A stretch of 64,000 bases of DNA, taken from IMG/VR virus record IMGVR_UViG_2778261562_000001. One strand, 5' to 3'. The notes below the pieces were generated by a model. That model saw nothing but the letters and a program-made list of their open reading frames with translations. It did no database searches and had not been told where the DNA came from. The position numbers were made by a program, and so were the translations under genes. Of the stretch, positions 28,139-38,030 are shown piece after piece (position 1 is the first letter of the stretch; every line of letters begins with the position of its first letter). This DNA is from an uncultured virus (IMG/VR IMGVR_UViG_2778261562_000001) (taxonomy: Duplodnaviria > Heunggongvirae > Uroviricota > Caudoviricetes).

Positions 28139-28423
28139 ATGGAAAAACTAACTGTGAAGACTGAAACGAACGACAAAACAAACGAACAAGAAACTAGTCT
28201 TAAATGGTGGAAAGCTAAAACTAGTAATATTATAGCTATTATAGGTGTAACCGGAGCTATAGTATTTCTTATTGCTCTACTGTTTATAGAAGTACCATCA
28301 GCTAATAAAGATATTATCAATTTTCTTAGTGGTTCATTTTTTGCTACTATACTAGGTGGAATTGTACATTATCTTTTTGGATATGGTAAAAACAACCAAT
28401 CAGACGTCGAGAAGAAAGTTTAA
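28139..28423 (+). CDS. Holin-like two-TM protein
   Basis: Two hydrophobic segments, VPSANKDII linker and YLFG end, in lysis region. Confidence 0.6.
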   Translation: MEKLTVKTETNDKTNEQETSLKWWKAKTSNIIAIIGVTGAIVFLIALLFIEVPSANKDIINFLSGSFFATILGGIVHYLFGYGKNNQSDVEKKV

Positions 28424-28439
28424 TTAAAAACTTAAAAAG

Positions 28440-28568
28440 ATGTCGCCATTAATGTGGATTTGTTTAATTATAGTTATATTCGATGTATTAACCAATAAAC
28501 CAAATGATAAGGTAGTAAAGAGAGACAAAAATGCCCCCGAAAATACCGAGATACATAAGGATAATTAA
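28440..28568 (+). CDS. Possible 42-aa membrane peptide (not in ORF track)
   Basis: ATG after an A-rich leader, MSPLMWICLIIVIFDVL..., TAA at 28566-28568, overlapping the next gene. Confidence 0.35.
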   Translation: MSPLMWICLIIVIFDVLTNKPNDKVVKRDKNAPENTEIHKDN

Positions 28569-29313
28569 GTATCAAATAAAGCGTACTTTAGTAAGATGGA
28601 GACAAAATTCTAAATACATTTTTTCAAAAGCATGGCTTAGAATTATTAATTCTAATTTTGTAAAGATTTGTAAAAAGTATGGACTGTTTTCACTTATACC
28701 TATCATTATTATTAGTGTTGACAATCGAATAGGGATAATTAAAAAAGAAAGAGCTATAGAAATTGGTAATGCTTATAAAGATTCTTTAAGTAAAGAACGT
28801 GCCAAAGTAGCTTTTTTATCTGAGAGATTAAGTAGTGAATATCGTTCTACTGATGATATTGATGTACCATATTGGGAAAAATGGTTATCAGGTGGAAGGT
28901 TCCTAATGGTCGATATTAACGACCCTTATGAACTTATGTTTAAAATTAAAGAAAGAGATTATCTAGGTCGTACTGACTTTGATATATACCCTATAGATAT
29001 TGCTACATTTTATCATAATATAGATAGTGTAGTTGTAGCAGAATGGAAAACTGTTAGAACTATTGAACCTTTCAGAAAATCCGATTCTACTGATGTACTT
29101 CTTTATGTAAAGAAATGGCCTAGACTTATAAGAGGTGATACTTTAGTTAGAGGATTTGCTATTCCTTTAGATACATTGGTTAGAATTATTAATCAAAAGA
29201 AATTAAGTATCGAAATAGTAGAAGATACTATTTATAACTCTTTACATACTATGAAAGGTCTTAAAGAAGAGACTTTTGATATTGAGAAAGAAAGAGAAAA
29301 ACTTGAAAATTAA
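28531..29313 (+). CDS. Membrane-anchored PAS-domain protein
   Basis: Basic N-terminus, one hydrophobic segment, short coiled coil, then GRFLMVDINDPYE..DYLGRTDFDIYP..A..Y...D..V..E..VKKWP..VRG (PAS_4-like). Confidence 0.7.
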   Translation: MPPKIPRYIRIIKYQIKRTLVRWRQNSKYIFSKAWLRIINSNFVKICKKYGLFSLIPIIIISVDNRIGIIKKERAIEIGNAYKDSLSKERAKVAFLSERLSSEYRSTDDIDVPYWEKWLSGGRFLMVDINDPYELMFKIKERDYLGRTDFDIYPIDIATFYHNIDSVVVAEWKTVRTIEPFRKSDSTDVLLYVKKWPRLIRGDTLVRGFAIPLDTLVRIINQKKLSIEIVEDTIYNSLHTMKGLKEETFDIEKEREKLEN

Positions 29314-29340
29314 ATTTTTTATTAATTAAATCCTTAGCTT

Positions 29341-29598
29341 ATGAAACTAAAAGCTATTTTGGCAAACTGGAAAACCACTTTGCTAGGAGTACTGCCAGCG
29401 ATTCTTGCAGTACTAATTGCCTTTGGCATTATTGATTTGGAGCAGCAAACTGCTATTGTAGATGGTACTGAAGTTGTATTTGATACAGTGGATTCCATTC
29501 TTAATGAAGTTATTGCTGCTATTGCTTCTATTGGAGCAGTAATTGGTTTATTCAGTAGAGATGCTGATAAGACTAGTGAAACTTCAGGAGCTAAATAG
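29341..29598 (+). CDS. Holin-like two-TM protein
   Basis: NWKTTLLG start, two hydrophobic segments, charged tail, adjacent to the endolysin. Confidence 0.65.
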   Translation: MKLKAILANWKTTLLGVLPAILAVLIAFGIIDLEQQTAIVDGTEVVFDTVDSILNEVIAAIASIGAVIGLFSRDADKTSETSGAK

Positions 29599-29609
29599 AT
29601 TATTAATAC

Positions 29610-29648
29610 ACCTCTTCTCTATTTTATAGGGAAGAGGTTAATCTTTTT
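29610..29648 (+). terminator. Stem-loop / possible leaky terminator between holin and endolysin
   Basis: ACCTCTTCTCTAT / ATAGGGAAGAGGT stem followed by TAATCTTTTT. Confidence 0.5.
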
Positions 29649-29651
29649 ATT

Positions 29652-30113
29652 ATGCCGTTAATTTATTTTACAGATATAGATAAGTATTGTATAGGAGTTG
29701 CAGATGTTCCTCAAAAGATACTTAATAAATTAGTAGAACATCATCTTAATCCTATGGATGNTGTTAGAAGCGCTCTTGGTATAGCTATTTGGGCTAGTGA
29801 AGAAAGCGGGTTTAGACCTTATAATTGGGAAATAGCTAAAGGTAGAAGTGGTACTAGTCAACATACTTTTGGACAAAAGAAAAGTGGTCTTATTTATGAT
29901 AAGGAATTAGGTGCTATTGATTGGACTTGTAGTAACTTTGCCGACAATAAAGAGAGATTTTTACAGGCCATAATCGACCATACCAAATACACAAGAATGG
30001 CGGTTTACAACAGCTTCATACATTGTGATTACAAGGCCACAGACAACGGAAAACGAACCGTTTATGATAGTACCCCGAACAGCATTTGGACACAACGTTG
30101 TTATGTAGATTAG
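29652..30113 (+). CDS. Endolysin, peptidase M15 family
   Basis: SGFR, SQH, GAIDW, FIHCD zinc-binding motifs. Confidence 0.85.
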   Translation: MPLIYFTDIDKYCIGVADVPQKILNKLVEHHLNPMDXVRSALGIAIWASEESGFRPYNWEIAKGRSGTSQHTFGQKKSGLIYDKELGAIDWTCSNFADNKERFLQAIIDHTKYTRMAVYNSFIHCDYKATDNGKRTVYDSTPNSIWTQRCYVD

Positions 30114-30148
30114 CTTTATTTCGTATCTTTATACAAACATTACTAATT

Positions 30149-30787
30149 ATGAAAAATTTAAANACTATAGGGATCATTGCCGGTACGGTTATACTCCTTT
30201 TATTATTCGTTACTCAATGTAAATCTACTATTATCACTTCTCTTGGTGGTTACGTTGAAAAAGAACAAACTGTTCAAGTAGATACAGTTTATGGTACTCC
30301 TAATATTGATACTCTATCAGTTTTTAATCATTATGTAGAAACTAGAGGTATTATTCTTAATCCTGAACCTATTATTAAATATGTTGCAGTTAAAGAAGAT
30401 AAAACTCAAAAAACTGACAGTACAAAATTATTTAATGTAGCTATTAAAGATTCTCTTATAGATGGTACTTTATCTATAGAAAACTATTTTAATGGAAATG
30501 TTAAAAATGCAGATTTTAGATATAAGCCTTTATTTCCTAAGTATATTACTAAGGAAGTTCCTGTTTATATTACTAAAACTGTAACTGAAACATTAAGTTC
30601 TCCCGATAGAACAAGAATTGGTGTAGGTCTAGGTATTAATAGTGAAGTTGCTCCTTCTGCTAATATTAATATACTTACTAAGAAATATTGGGATTTTGAG
30701 GTTAATTATACTAAACCTGACTTGATTGATTCTAATACTCTTTTACCAAACGATATTGTAGGCATTAAAATAACTAAATACTTCTAA
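30149..30787 (+). CDS. Spanin-like membrane/lipoprotein
   Basis: N-terminal hydrophobic segment ending VTQC, amphipathic C-terminal beta strands ending in Phe; follows the endolysin; start 30149 preferred to 30086. Confidence 0.5.
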   Translation: MKNLXTIGIIAGTVILLLLFVTQCKSTIITSLGGYVEKEQTVQVDTVYGTPNIDTLSVFNHYVETRGIILNPEPIIKYVAVKEDKTQKTDSTKLFNVAIKDSLIDGTLSIENYFNGNVKNADFRYKPLFPKYITKEVPVYITKTVTETLSSPDRTRIGVGLGINSEVAPSANINILTKKYWDFEVNYTKPDLIDSNTLLPNDIVGIKITKYF

Positions 30788-31440
30788 TGAATACTCTTAA
30801 TAAAATAGCTGAAAACATTGCTTTTGCTTTTGGTGAACAATATAATTATACTTTAAAAGAAAGTATTAAAAATCATGTTGTTGATTATAGAGCTTTATTG
30901 CTTAGACAGGATTTAGAAAATAACTTCTTATCTACTACTCATTTACTTGAGTCTTTTTGTGTTCAAATGGAAGTTGTAGATAGTTCTGAATGTAAAGAAA
31001 TTACTTCTAATAAATATGTACTTAGAAGTGTACAACCTATACCTAGAACAATTCGTCTTAAAAATCAAGGTAATTTAGGTTTTACTTTTGTAGGAAGTCC
31101 TGATAGGTATATTAGNTATGATTATGCTAANAAAGANACTTTAAANTGGAGACATGCTTTACCNTTTCAATNACCTACTAAAAAGTATTATGANATNATT
31201 AATGACCATCTATTTATTTTAAACTCTATTAAACCTTGTAAAGTTCTTTTAGAAGGCCCAATAGAAGACCCTAGAGATATAGATGATTGTAATTATCCTG
31301 ACAGATTTAAGGATGATATTCCTTTTAATTGTCCTGCCGATATTGTAGCTAAAATAACCGATATTGTTAAAAGAAACTACGTACCTCAACTTCTAAAAGA
31401 TGATGCAGAAGTTAAAATAGAAGCAGATGATAGACCTTAA
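30787..31440 (+). CDS. Putative tail ring protein
   Basis: MNTLNKIA start, EGPIEDP..FNCP motif, synteny with crAss tail genes. Confidence 0.55.
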   Translation: MNTLNKIAENIAFAFGEQYNYTLKESIKNHVVDYRALLLRQDLENNFLSTTHLLESFCVQMEVVDSSECKEITSNKYVLRSVQPIPRTIRLKNQGNLGFTFVGSPDRYIXYDYAXKXTLXWRHALXFQXPTKKYYXXINDHLFILNSIKPCKVLLEGPIEDPRDIDDCNYPDRFKDDIPFNCPADIVAKITDIVKRNYVPQLLKDDAEVKIEADDRP

Positions 31441-32212
31441 ACTTTTATACCAATTATACATTCAAGAAGCTACTGTTAGAATTAATGCTTTATCTGATAA
31501 AGTTTTAGATTTAGAAAATTCAAGAGTAAAGATTATTGAGTTTATAAATAAGAAAGAATTATACTTTAGACAAAATTATCCTATTGCATTAAGTGAAGTT
31601 CTTGAATATATTGAAGTAGATAAGTTTGAGCCTAATAAAGAGTTTGACCCAATGTTAGCTATCTATGTTAAAAAAGTTATAGATATTAATGCTCAAATTC
31701 TAAATACTAAACCTCTTATTGATGAGGTTAAGAAAAGTATAATTCCATTAGATGTATTTACTTTTGTTATTTATAGGTTTAATGAAAAGCTTATAAATAA
31801 AGTAGTAGATACTAATTACATTATAGATTTTGGAAGATTAGGACGTTTAATGGTTGTTAAAGTAGAAACTGATAGACGTAGAGTTAATTGGGGTCAAAGT
31901 AATAAAAATAAAGCTGCTATTATTAAGAACGGTAAAACTCCTTATTATAAGAAAGATGCTGAAGCAGCTGAGAAAGCAGGTATAGAATATGATGGTGTAG
32001 AATGGTTAGTTTTAATGCCTAGTTTAGATTTTATTTTTTATTGGGCTGTTCCTAAGTCNTCTAAAAAGTATATACCTATTATTACTGATTACACCTTTAA
32101 ACCTTTAATGGGAAAAACTTCTCCCGTAGCTAAACTTGCTAAAGTTAAGAAAAATTTAGATGAAGCTAATCTTAGATATACAATATCTTCTAATTCATTG
32201 ATGAGAGTATGA
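31427..32212 (+). CDS. crAss-type IHF-like protein
   Basis: IDFGRLGRLMVVK..RVNWGQS..YW..YTFKP pattern, located before the tail tube gene. Confidence 0.5.
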   Translation: MIDLKLLYQLYIQEATVRINALSDKVLDLENSRVKIIEFINKKELYFRQNYPIALSEVLEYIEVDKFEPNKEFDPMLAIYVKKVIDINAQILNTKPLIDEVKKSIIPLDVFTFVIYRFNEKLINKVVDTNYIIDFGRLGRLMVVKVETDRRRVNWGQSNKNKAAIIKNGKTPYYKKDAEAAEKAGIEYDGVEWLVLMPSLDFIFYWAVPKXSKKYIPIITDYTFKPLMGKTSPVAKLAKVKKNLDEANLRYTISSNSLMRV

Positions 32213-32916
32213 ACCATTATAATTTTACACCTATAGACGAAATTCTAGCTGAACTTAATGTTGATTTTAATATTAATGATGCTGGTTTATTATCTCAAGT
32301 TCCTAGGCATGCAGCTAGAGCTATGCATCTTATGGAACTTGATGGTTATTTTCAACTTACGTTTTGTAAAAAGACTACTTATGAAGGTAGAGTTGAATTA
32401 CCTTGTACTAATAAGTATTTAGTACAAATTTTTAAACATGATGGAGATAATGTGTATAAGATAAACTTTGATAAAGGTTTAACTAGTCATAATACTTATT
32501 TAAGTATTCCTCATGCTCCTGACAAAGTTCGTCTTGATAAAAATTTTGTTATTACCGAAGATACTATTCCTACTACTTTTGGATTTGTTTATTACAGTAT
32601 GCCTTTAGATGATAACGGTATGCCTTTAATTCTTGATAATGAATTTGTAAAAGAAGCTTTACCTTATTTTATTATCTATAAATTAAGTTTAGGTGGATAT
32701 AAGCATCCTGTTATAGATTTAGAAACTGCTAATAATTTATGGGAAACTAAATCTCATAGAGCTAGAAATAATGTAAATTATCCTTCTATTGAAGATGCTA
32801 TTAAAATGACCCAAATGATGACTAATCCTTACTATGATAGGATTCTTAGTTATCTTCATCAAGGTGGTAATGATGGTGTTCCTTCTATGTTATCTAAAAC
32901 TCTATTAAACGTATGA
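32209..32916 (+). CDS. Tail tubular/ring protein
   Basis: GRVELPC, YYSMPLDDNGMPLILD motifs; directly precedes the muzzle gene. Confidence 0.7.
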   Translation: MNHYNFTPIDEILAELNVDFNINDAGLLSQVPRHAARAMHLMELDGYFQLTFCKKTTYEGRVELPCTNKYLVQIFKHDGDNVYKINFDKGLTSHNTYLSIPHAPDKVRLDKNFVITEDTIPTTFGFVYYSMPLDDNGMPLILDNEFVKEALPYFIIYKLSLGGYKHPVIDLETANNLWETKSHRARNNVNYPSIEDAIKMTQMMTNPYYDRILSYLHQGGNDGVPSMLSKTLLNV

Positions 32917-35900
32917 AAGACTTCGGTGAATTAGTAACTGATACTGCCTTAATAGATACTCCTAATGGTAGTTGGCCTTTTGCTCGTAATATACTTAAAT
33001 CTAAAAAGATTAAAAGTATTAGTAATGAGCATGGTTTTAAATTTAGGCATTTAGTACCGGGAAATGTTATAGGTCAAATAGAGACAAATGTTTCTGTTGT
33101 ATTCTTTAGTGTTACTTCTGATGGCTTTTCTGAAATAGGAAGAGTTAATGTTGATAATGCTGCACCTCAATACGTTAGAGAAATTAAGACTAAACTTTTT
33201 AATTTTAGTATTCATAACCCTATTGAAGGTATTTATATTTATAACTATAAAGGAGAGTTAACTATTGCTTTTTGTGATGGTGTTAATAGTACTTCTAATA
33301 GTCCTAAAGTTGTAAATCTTGATAATCCTAGTGTACAATTAAATGCTGCTAAAGATTTAATTAATCCCGAAGAATTTGATAAACTTAATTGGTTTCCTAA
33401 AGTAAAGGAAGCTAAAATAGATTTAACCTACTTAGAAGCTGGAAACATTGAAGGGTTTGCAGCTTTTGCTACTTATTGTTATGTCTATGATGATAATAGT
33501 ACTACTGCTTATTTTTCACCTACCACTTTAGCTTATCTAGGCTCTAGTGTAGACCCTGTAGATAAGAAAGGTATGAGATTAAAATTTACTAATCTTGATA
33601 CTAATTTTAAAGCTATTAAAGTTGCTTTAATTGTTAAAGATGAGGGTAATTTAGTAGGTTATGAAAGTTATGAGATTAACTATAGTGGAAGTACTTTAAC
33701 TTTTGATATTACTAGTTTAAGTAACTATTTAGATATATCTGTAGAAAATATCATATTATCTAAAATGATATTCGATAAGTTAGAATCTATTACTAAAGCT
33801 AATAATCAAGTTGTAGTTGGCAATTATACTGTACCTTCTAAACTTGATATTCAAAAGTATGTAAATAGACTTAGTATTAAACCTTATAAATATCTTGGAG
33901 AACAATCTCAAGACCCTAGTTTAATGCCTGGGGAAGTATATGCTCTTTATTTAGAAGTTCAACACCTTGACGGTACTTGGTCTNATGCTCATCATATTCC
34001 TAATAGAGAAGCTGAGAGTGGAGAAAGGGATTTAGTAGATACCNCATTTAATAATAAATATGGTACTAGTTGGGCTAGTGGTTATCGTAAATTTCATATA
34101 GAAAATAGAGGTGAAGTTTCTGCTAATGGACAGATAGCTAAAATGGGGTATTGGGAAAATGAAGAAACATATCCTAATATTAATGATTTTGATAGTAGAA
34201 CGGATTATAATGGTAGTTTCTTAGGTGGTAAAGATTTACGTAATAAACCTATTAGATACCATAGAATGCCTTCTATGAGAAATATGGCATCTATAGATTC
34301 TAATGTTTATACTGCTGATAGTAACAATTTAGATAACGAAAGATTCTATAAATTAGGTATTAAGGTTGAAAATTTTAATACTGCTTTTCCTATTTGGATA
34401 AGAAATAAAATTCAAGCTTATAGAATATCTTTTGTAAAACGTAGCTTTGGTAATAGTTATGTTGTAGGTAATTGGATAACTACTAGAAGAGGTTCACAAA
34501 ATTGGACACAAGCAGGTGTACCTCTTACTTATGAATACCATGATTTTAATCTAAACCCTAAAAGTGATGAACGACACTACGGTGCTTTAGATATTGATTT
34601 TTCTAAGATGAGAGTATTAAGTAATGAGCTATATAAGTTTAAACCTTCTGTAGATTTAACTTATTTAGAGACCAATTACTTATTTAACGTTAAAGAGACT
34701 AATGAAAGATTATATCCTTCTGATGCTGCTAGATTTGGAGAAATAAAACAAAATCTTAAATATAGAGCTGGAAACAATATTGCAGATAATACTCAATATT
34801 TAGAAGAAGGTATTAATCTTGATATGGAGAAATCACAGTATTTAAGTTTAAGTGGTAATGATGATTTTAGATTTTATGTTGGTAATGTTACTGTATTTAG
34901 TCATAAGACAAATTTGTATTCGGGTTTTAAAAGTAATGACTTAGTAGTTTTAGGTCGTAGTACTTCTATTAGTAAAAGTTTCACCCCTGTTAACACTGTT
35001 GACTTCTTTAAAGGGGGAGATGTTTTTGTATCTAATGAATTTGATATTAGAGTTCATACTGCTAAATTACATGAATATTCTAGTAGAGACGCTTTATGGA
35101 GATATGCTACTGATATTAAAATTAAAGGTGTATTTGGTGCTGTAAATAGTTCTAGATTATTTAATGATAAAAGTGCTGATTCTGACCCTAAAACTATTGG
35201 AGATAAAGATGAACCAGATAGAATAGACCCTGTATTTTTAAATTCTTTAGATTATACTTTTGAAGTTAAACATGAAGAAGATTTAAGTACTATTAATGAT
35301 ATTAATACTATTCTTACTGCTAATCTATTATCTGATACATTTATAACAGAATTTCCCTATAGAATACATAGAGGTGTTAAGATCCCTAAAGAATCGATTA
35401 GTTCGTATGCTTTAAGAACTTTTTTAACTGAAGATTATTATGAATGTGCAAATGATAAAGGAGAGCTTATAGCTGTTAGAGGTAGTGATAGAGCTATTTA
35501 TATTCAATATAGATTTGCTTTATTTGCTAGTGTTATTAAAGATAAACTTAAAACAGATGGTGCTGATACTTATTTAGGTACTCCTAATCTTTTTGATAGA
35601 GACCCTGAAGAAATTGAACCTGATGAAAAAGGTCATATTGGTAGTATATCTAAAATTTCTTGTAAAATTATAAGAGGTAACTATATTACTATTAATGCTG
35701 CTGTAGGTCAAATATTTATAGTAACAGGTCTTAAAGCTAATTTAATATCTGCTAATAAAAATAGAAACTGGTTCTATGAAAATTGGGATATTGGTTTAGA
35801 CTTTTATAAAATAGATGAACGTACAGGAGAAAAAAGAAGATTAGATAATCCTTACATTAGTATAGGTTATTGTATTGGGTACGATGAGAAGTACAATAGG

Positions 35901-36668
35901 CTTTTATTTACTAAAAAGTCTTATAAGTTTATTAGACAAGATTTAGAAGGCCCTGCTTTAAATTTTGATGGAGAGTTTTATTATCTTAATGGTAAACGTT
36001 TAGATTTTGATTCTGCTTATTTTGAAAACACTAGTGTAACTTTAAGTTATAGTTTAGATGATAATGCTTGGATATGTCAACATGATTATTTTCCTAGATT
36101 TTATTTCTATACTAATAGTAAGTTATATGCTGCTAATGGCGGTACACTTACTAATGACCCTAATAGTAATGTAGTTACTAATGTTTTTGAGACTAATGAT
36201 TTAGATACTGTTGGTAAGTATTTTGGTAAACGTTTTGAAAGTTATGTTGATATAGTTTTTAATAATGATACATCTATTACTAAAAACTTGCTTGCTTTAT
36301 CTTTTATTACTAGTTGTGGTACTAAGAATGCTTATTTGCAGCATAAACCTATATCCAAGGTTTTAATATATAGTGATACTCAATGCTCCGACATCATAGA
36401 GGTTGATTCTGACAACGTTTTTAGAACGATCAAAGGGGAGTATAGGTTAAACGATTTTAGAGACACCGTAATCAATCCTGATGCCGTTATTATCGACGAA
36501 AAGGGTAGGTTAAATACGTCGAACATCGATTCAAATAAATTGTGGTTTGAACGTAAAAATTTTAGTGGAAAATTCATTGTAGTTAGGCTAATTATGGATA
36601 ATTTAGATGATAATTCTTTCCACATACATGAAGTAAATACAATAAGTTCAATTAGTAATAGAAAGTGA
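32913..36668 (+). CDS. Tail stabilisation / muzzle protein
   Basis: 1251 aa, beta-rich, FARNI..ISNEHG start, GYDEKYNRLLFTK, TLSYS...WICQHDYFP; crAss synteny. Confidence 0.75.
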   Translation: MKDFGELVTDTALIDTPNGSWPFARNILKSKKIKSISNEHGFKFRHLVPGNVIGQIETNVSVVFFSVTSDGFSEIGRVNVDNAAPQYVREIKTKLFNFSIHNPIEGIYIYNYKGELTIAFCDGVNSTSNSPKVVNLDNPSVQLNAAKDLINPEEFDKLNWFPKVKEAKIDLTYLEAGNIEGFAAFATYCYVYDDNSTTAYFSPTTLAYLGSSVDPVDKKGMRLKFTNLDTNFKAIKVALIVKDEGNLVGYESYEINYSGSTLTFDITSLSNYLDISVENIILSKMIFDKLESITKANNQVVVGNYTVPSKLDIQKYVNRLSIKPYKYLGEQSQDPSLMPGEVYALYLEVQHLDGTWSXAHHIPNREAESGERDLVDTXFNNKYGTSWASGYRKFHIENRGEVSANGQIAKMGYWENEETYPNINDFDSRTDYNGSFLGGKDLRNKPIRYHRMPSMRNMASIDSNVYTADSNNLDNERFYKLGIKVENFNTAFPIWIRNKIQAYRISFVKRSFGNSYVVGNWITTRRGSQNWTQAGVPLTYEYHDFNLNPKSDERHYGALDIDFSKMRVLSNELYKFKPSVDLTYLETNYLFNVKETNERLYPSDAARFGEIKQNLKYRAGNNIADNTQYLEEGINLDMEKSQYLSLSGNDDFRFYVGNVTVFSHKTNLYSGFKSNDLVVLGRSTSISKSFTPVNTVDFFKGGDVFVSNEFDIRVHTAKLHEYSSRDALWRYATDIKIKGVFGAVNSSRLFNDKSADSDPKTIGDKDEPDRIDPVFLNSLDYTFEVKHEEDLSTINDINTILTANLLSDTFITEFPYRIHRGVKIPKESISSYALRTFLTEDYYECANDKGELIAVRGSDRAIYIQYRFALFASVIKDKLKTDGADTYLGTPNLFDRDPEEIEPDEKGHIGSISKISCKIIRGNYITINAAVGQIFIVTGLKANLISANKNRNWFYENWDIGLDFYKIDERTGEKRRLDNPYISIGYCIGYDEKYNRLLFTKKSYKFIRQDLEGPALNFDGEFYYLNGKRLDFDSAYFENTSVTLSYSLDDNAWICQHDYFPRFYFYTNSKLYAANGGTLTNDPNSNVVTNVFETNDLDTVGKYFGKRFESYVDIVFNNDTSITKNLLALSFITSCGTKNAYLQHKPISKVLIYSDTQCSDIIEVDSDNVFRTIKGEYRLNDFRDTVINPDAVIIDEKGRLNTSNIDSNKLWFERKNFSGKFIVVRLIMDNLDDNSFHIHEVNTISSISNRK

Positions 36669-36669
36669 T

Positions 36670-37956
36670 ATGAGAACTAAAAAACGTGTTAGAAGATATT
36701 TTGATGGTGGTAGTTTTGGTAATGACCTTCAAACTCTTACCAATACTGTTAATCAATCTTTAATTAGTTATGCTGCTCAACAAGATGCTAAAAAGCTTGC
36801 TGAAAGACAAAGATTGGAACAGGAAAGAGATATGCTAAATTCTACTAAGAGAAATGATACTGCTCTACTTAAAGATTATGAAACTGATGGTAGACTAGGT
36901 GCAGAATATTATATGGCCAATGGCGGAAAATTATCTACTCCTTCTTATTATTCTACTGGGGGAAAGCTTACTAGACTTTCCTCTGATACTGAACTAGTAG
37001 AAGGCAACACTCATGCAGAAGGGGGTGTTAAATTAAAGAAAGGAGGTGGAACAGCCCCCTTCGCAGAGGTTGAAGATGAAGAAGTTATTAAAGACGGTAA
37101 AAGAGTTTATAGCGATAGACTTAGAAGTTCTAACGGTAAAACTTTTGCTGAAAATGTAGAAGCACTTTCTACTGAAAAAGGAAAATTAGAAAAATTATCT
37201 ACTAAAGGAGATGCTATTTCCAGAGGTACTAATAAAAGACGTATAGAAATACTAGATGCTAAAGAAGATGCTTTTTATCAAGAGCAAGAGTCTTTAAAAA
37301 GTTCAGAGCCGACTATGGGTTATTACGATCTTGGTGGTGTACTCGATTCTGTATCTCCTTATGTAGATAATATTGCTAATGCTGTTCTTACATTAACTAC
37401 TCCTAAGTTAAGAAAACCTGTCACTATGAGACATAGTGAACTTAACACTAAGGTTAATGTAACTGACCAGCTTAACGATATTAATAAAGCTGTAGATAGT
37501 TCTGCTGACTTTATTATGAAGAATACTTCAAATAGTGCTAGTGCAAGAAATGCTATTGCTAAAACAAGACTTCAAGGTGCTGCTCAAAAAGCTAAAGTAA
37601 GAGCTTATAAAGAAAATGCAGAAACTCAACTTGAGAATGCTAATATCCGTAATAAGCAATTTGTAGATGCTAGAAATTCTGCTATATTGAATAGATTTAA
37701 TGACCAACAAACTGCTAGACAAGGTGCTATTCAAAGTAGAATATCTCAAAACTTCTCTAATTTAGCAGGTGATTATGTTGATAGAAGAAATTCTGAAAAC
37801 ATAAGAGATTATAACAATAAAAAACTTGCCATTGTTAAAAGTATGTATAAGAATGGTAGTGGAGTTGTTCAACGTGCTGACGATAATATCTTAAAAGAAC
37901 TTCTTAATATTACAGGTCAAAATAGTTACGCTTACGGTGGTGATTTGGGAAAGTAA
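36670..37956 (+). CDS. Virion cargo/ejection protein
   Basis: GNTHAEGGV, EVEDEEVI, YSDRL motifs and repeated aromatic-x-x-GG motifs; first gene after the muzzle. Confidence 0.65.
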   Translation: MRTKKRVRRYFDGGSFGNDLQTLTNTVNQSLISYAAQQDAKKLAERQRLEQERDMLNSTKRNDTALLKDYETDGRLGAEYYMANGGKLSTPSYYSTGGKLTRLSSDTELVEGNTHAEGGVKLKKGGGTAPFAEVEDEEVIKDGKRVYSDRLRSSNGKTFAENVEALSTEKGKLEKLSTKGDAISRGTNKRRIEILDAKEDAFYQEQESLKSSEPTMGYYDLGGVLDSVSPYVDNIANAVLTLTTPKLRKPVTMRHSELNTKVNVTDQLNDINKAVDSSADFIMKNTSNSASARNAIAKTRLQGAAQKAKVRAYKENAETQLENANIRNKQFVDARNSAILNRFNDQQTARQGAIQSRISQNFSNLAGDYVDRRNSENIRDYNNKKLAIVKSMYKNGSGVVQRADDNILKELLNITGQNSYAYGGDLGK

Positions 37957-37977
37957 GTGGAGGTAAAGGGGAACCTC
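37947..37977 (+). promoter_or_regulatory. Predicted programmed -1 ribosomal frameshift site
   Basis: In-frame G GGA AAG directly before TAA; the -1 frame is open into ORF 38031; GAGGT/ACCTC stem 6 nt downstream. Confidence 0.75.
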
Positions 37978-38030
37978 AAGAAACACCTAAACGTAAAGAA
38001 CCTGATGCAGAATTTATTACTGAAGATAGA

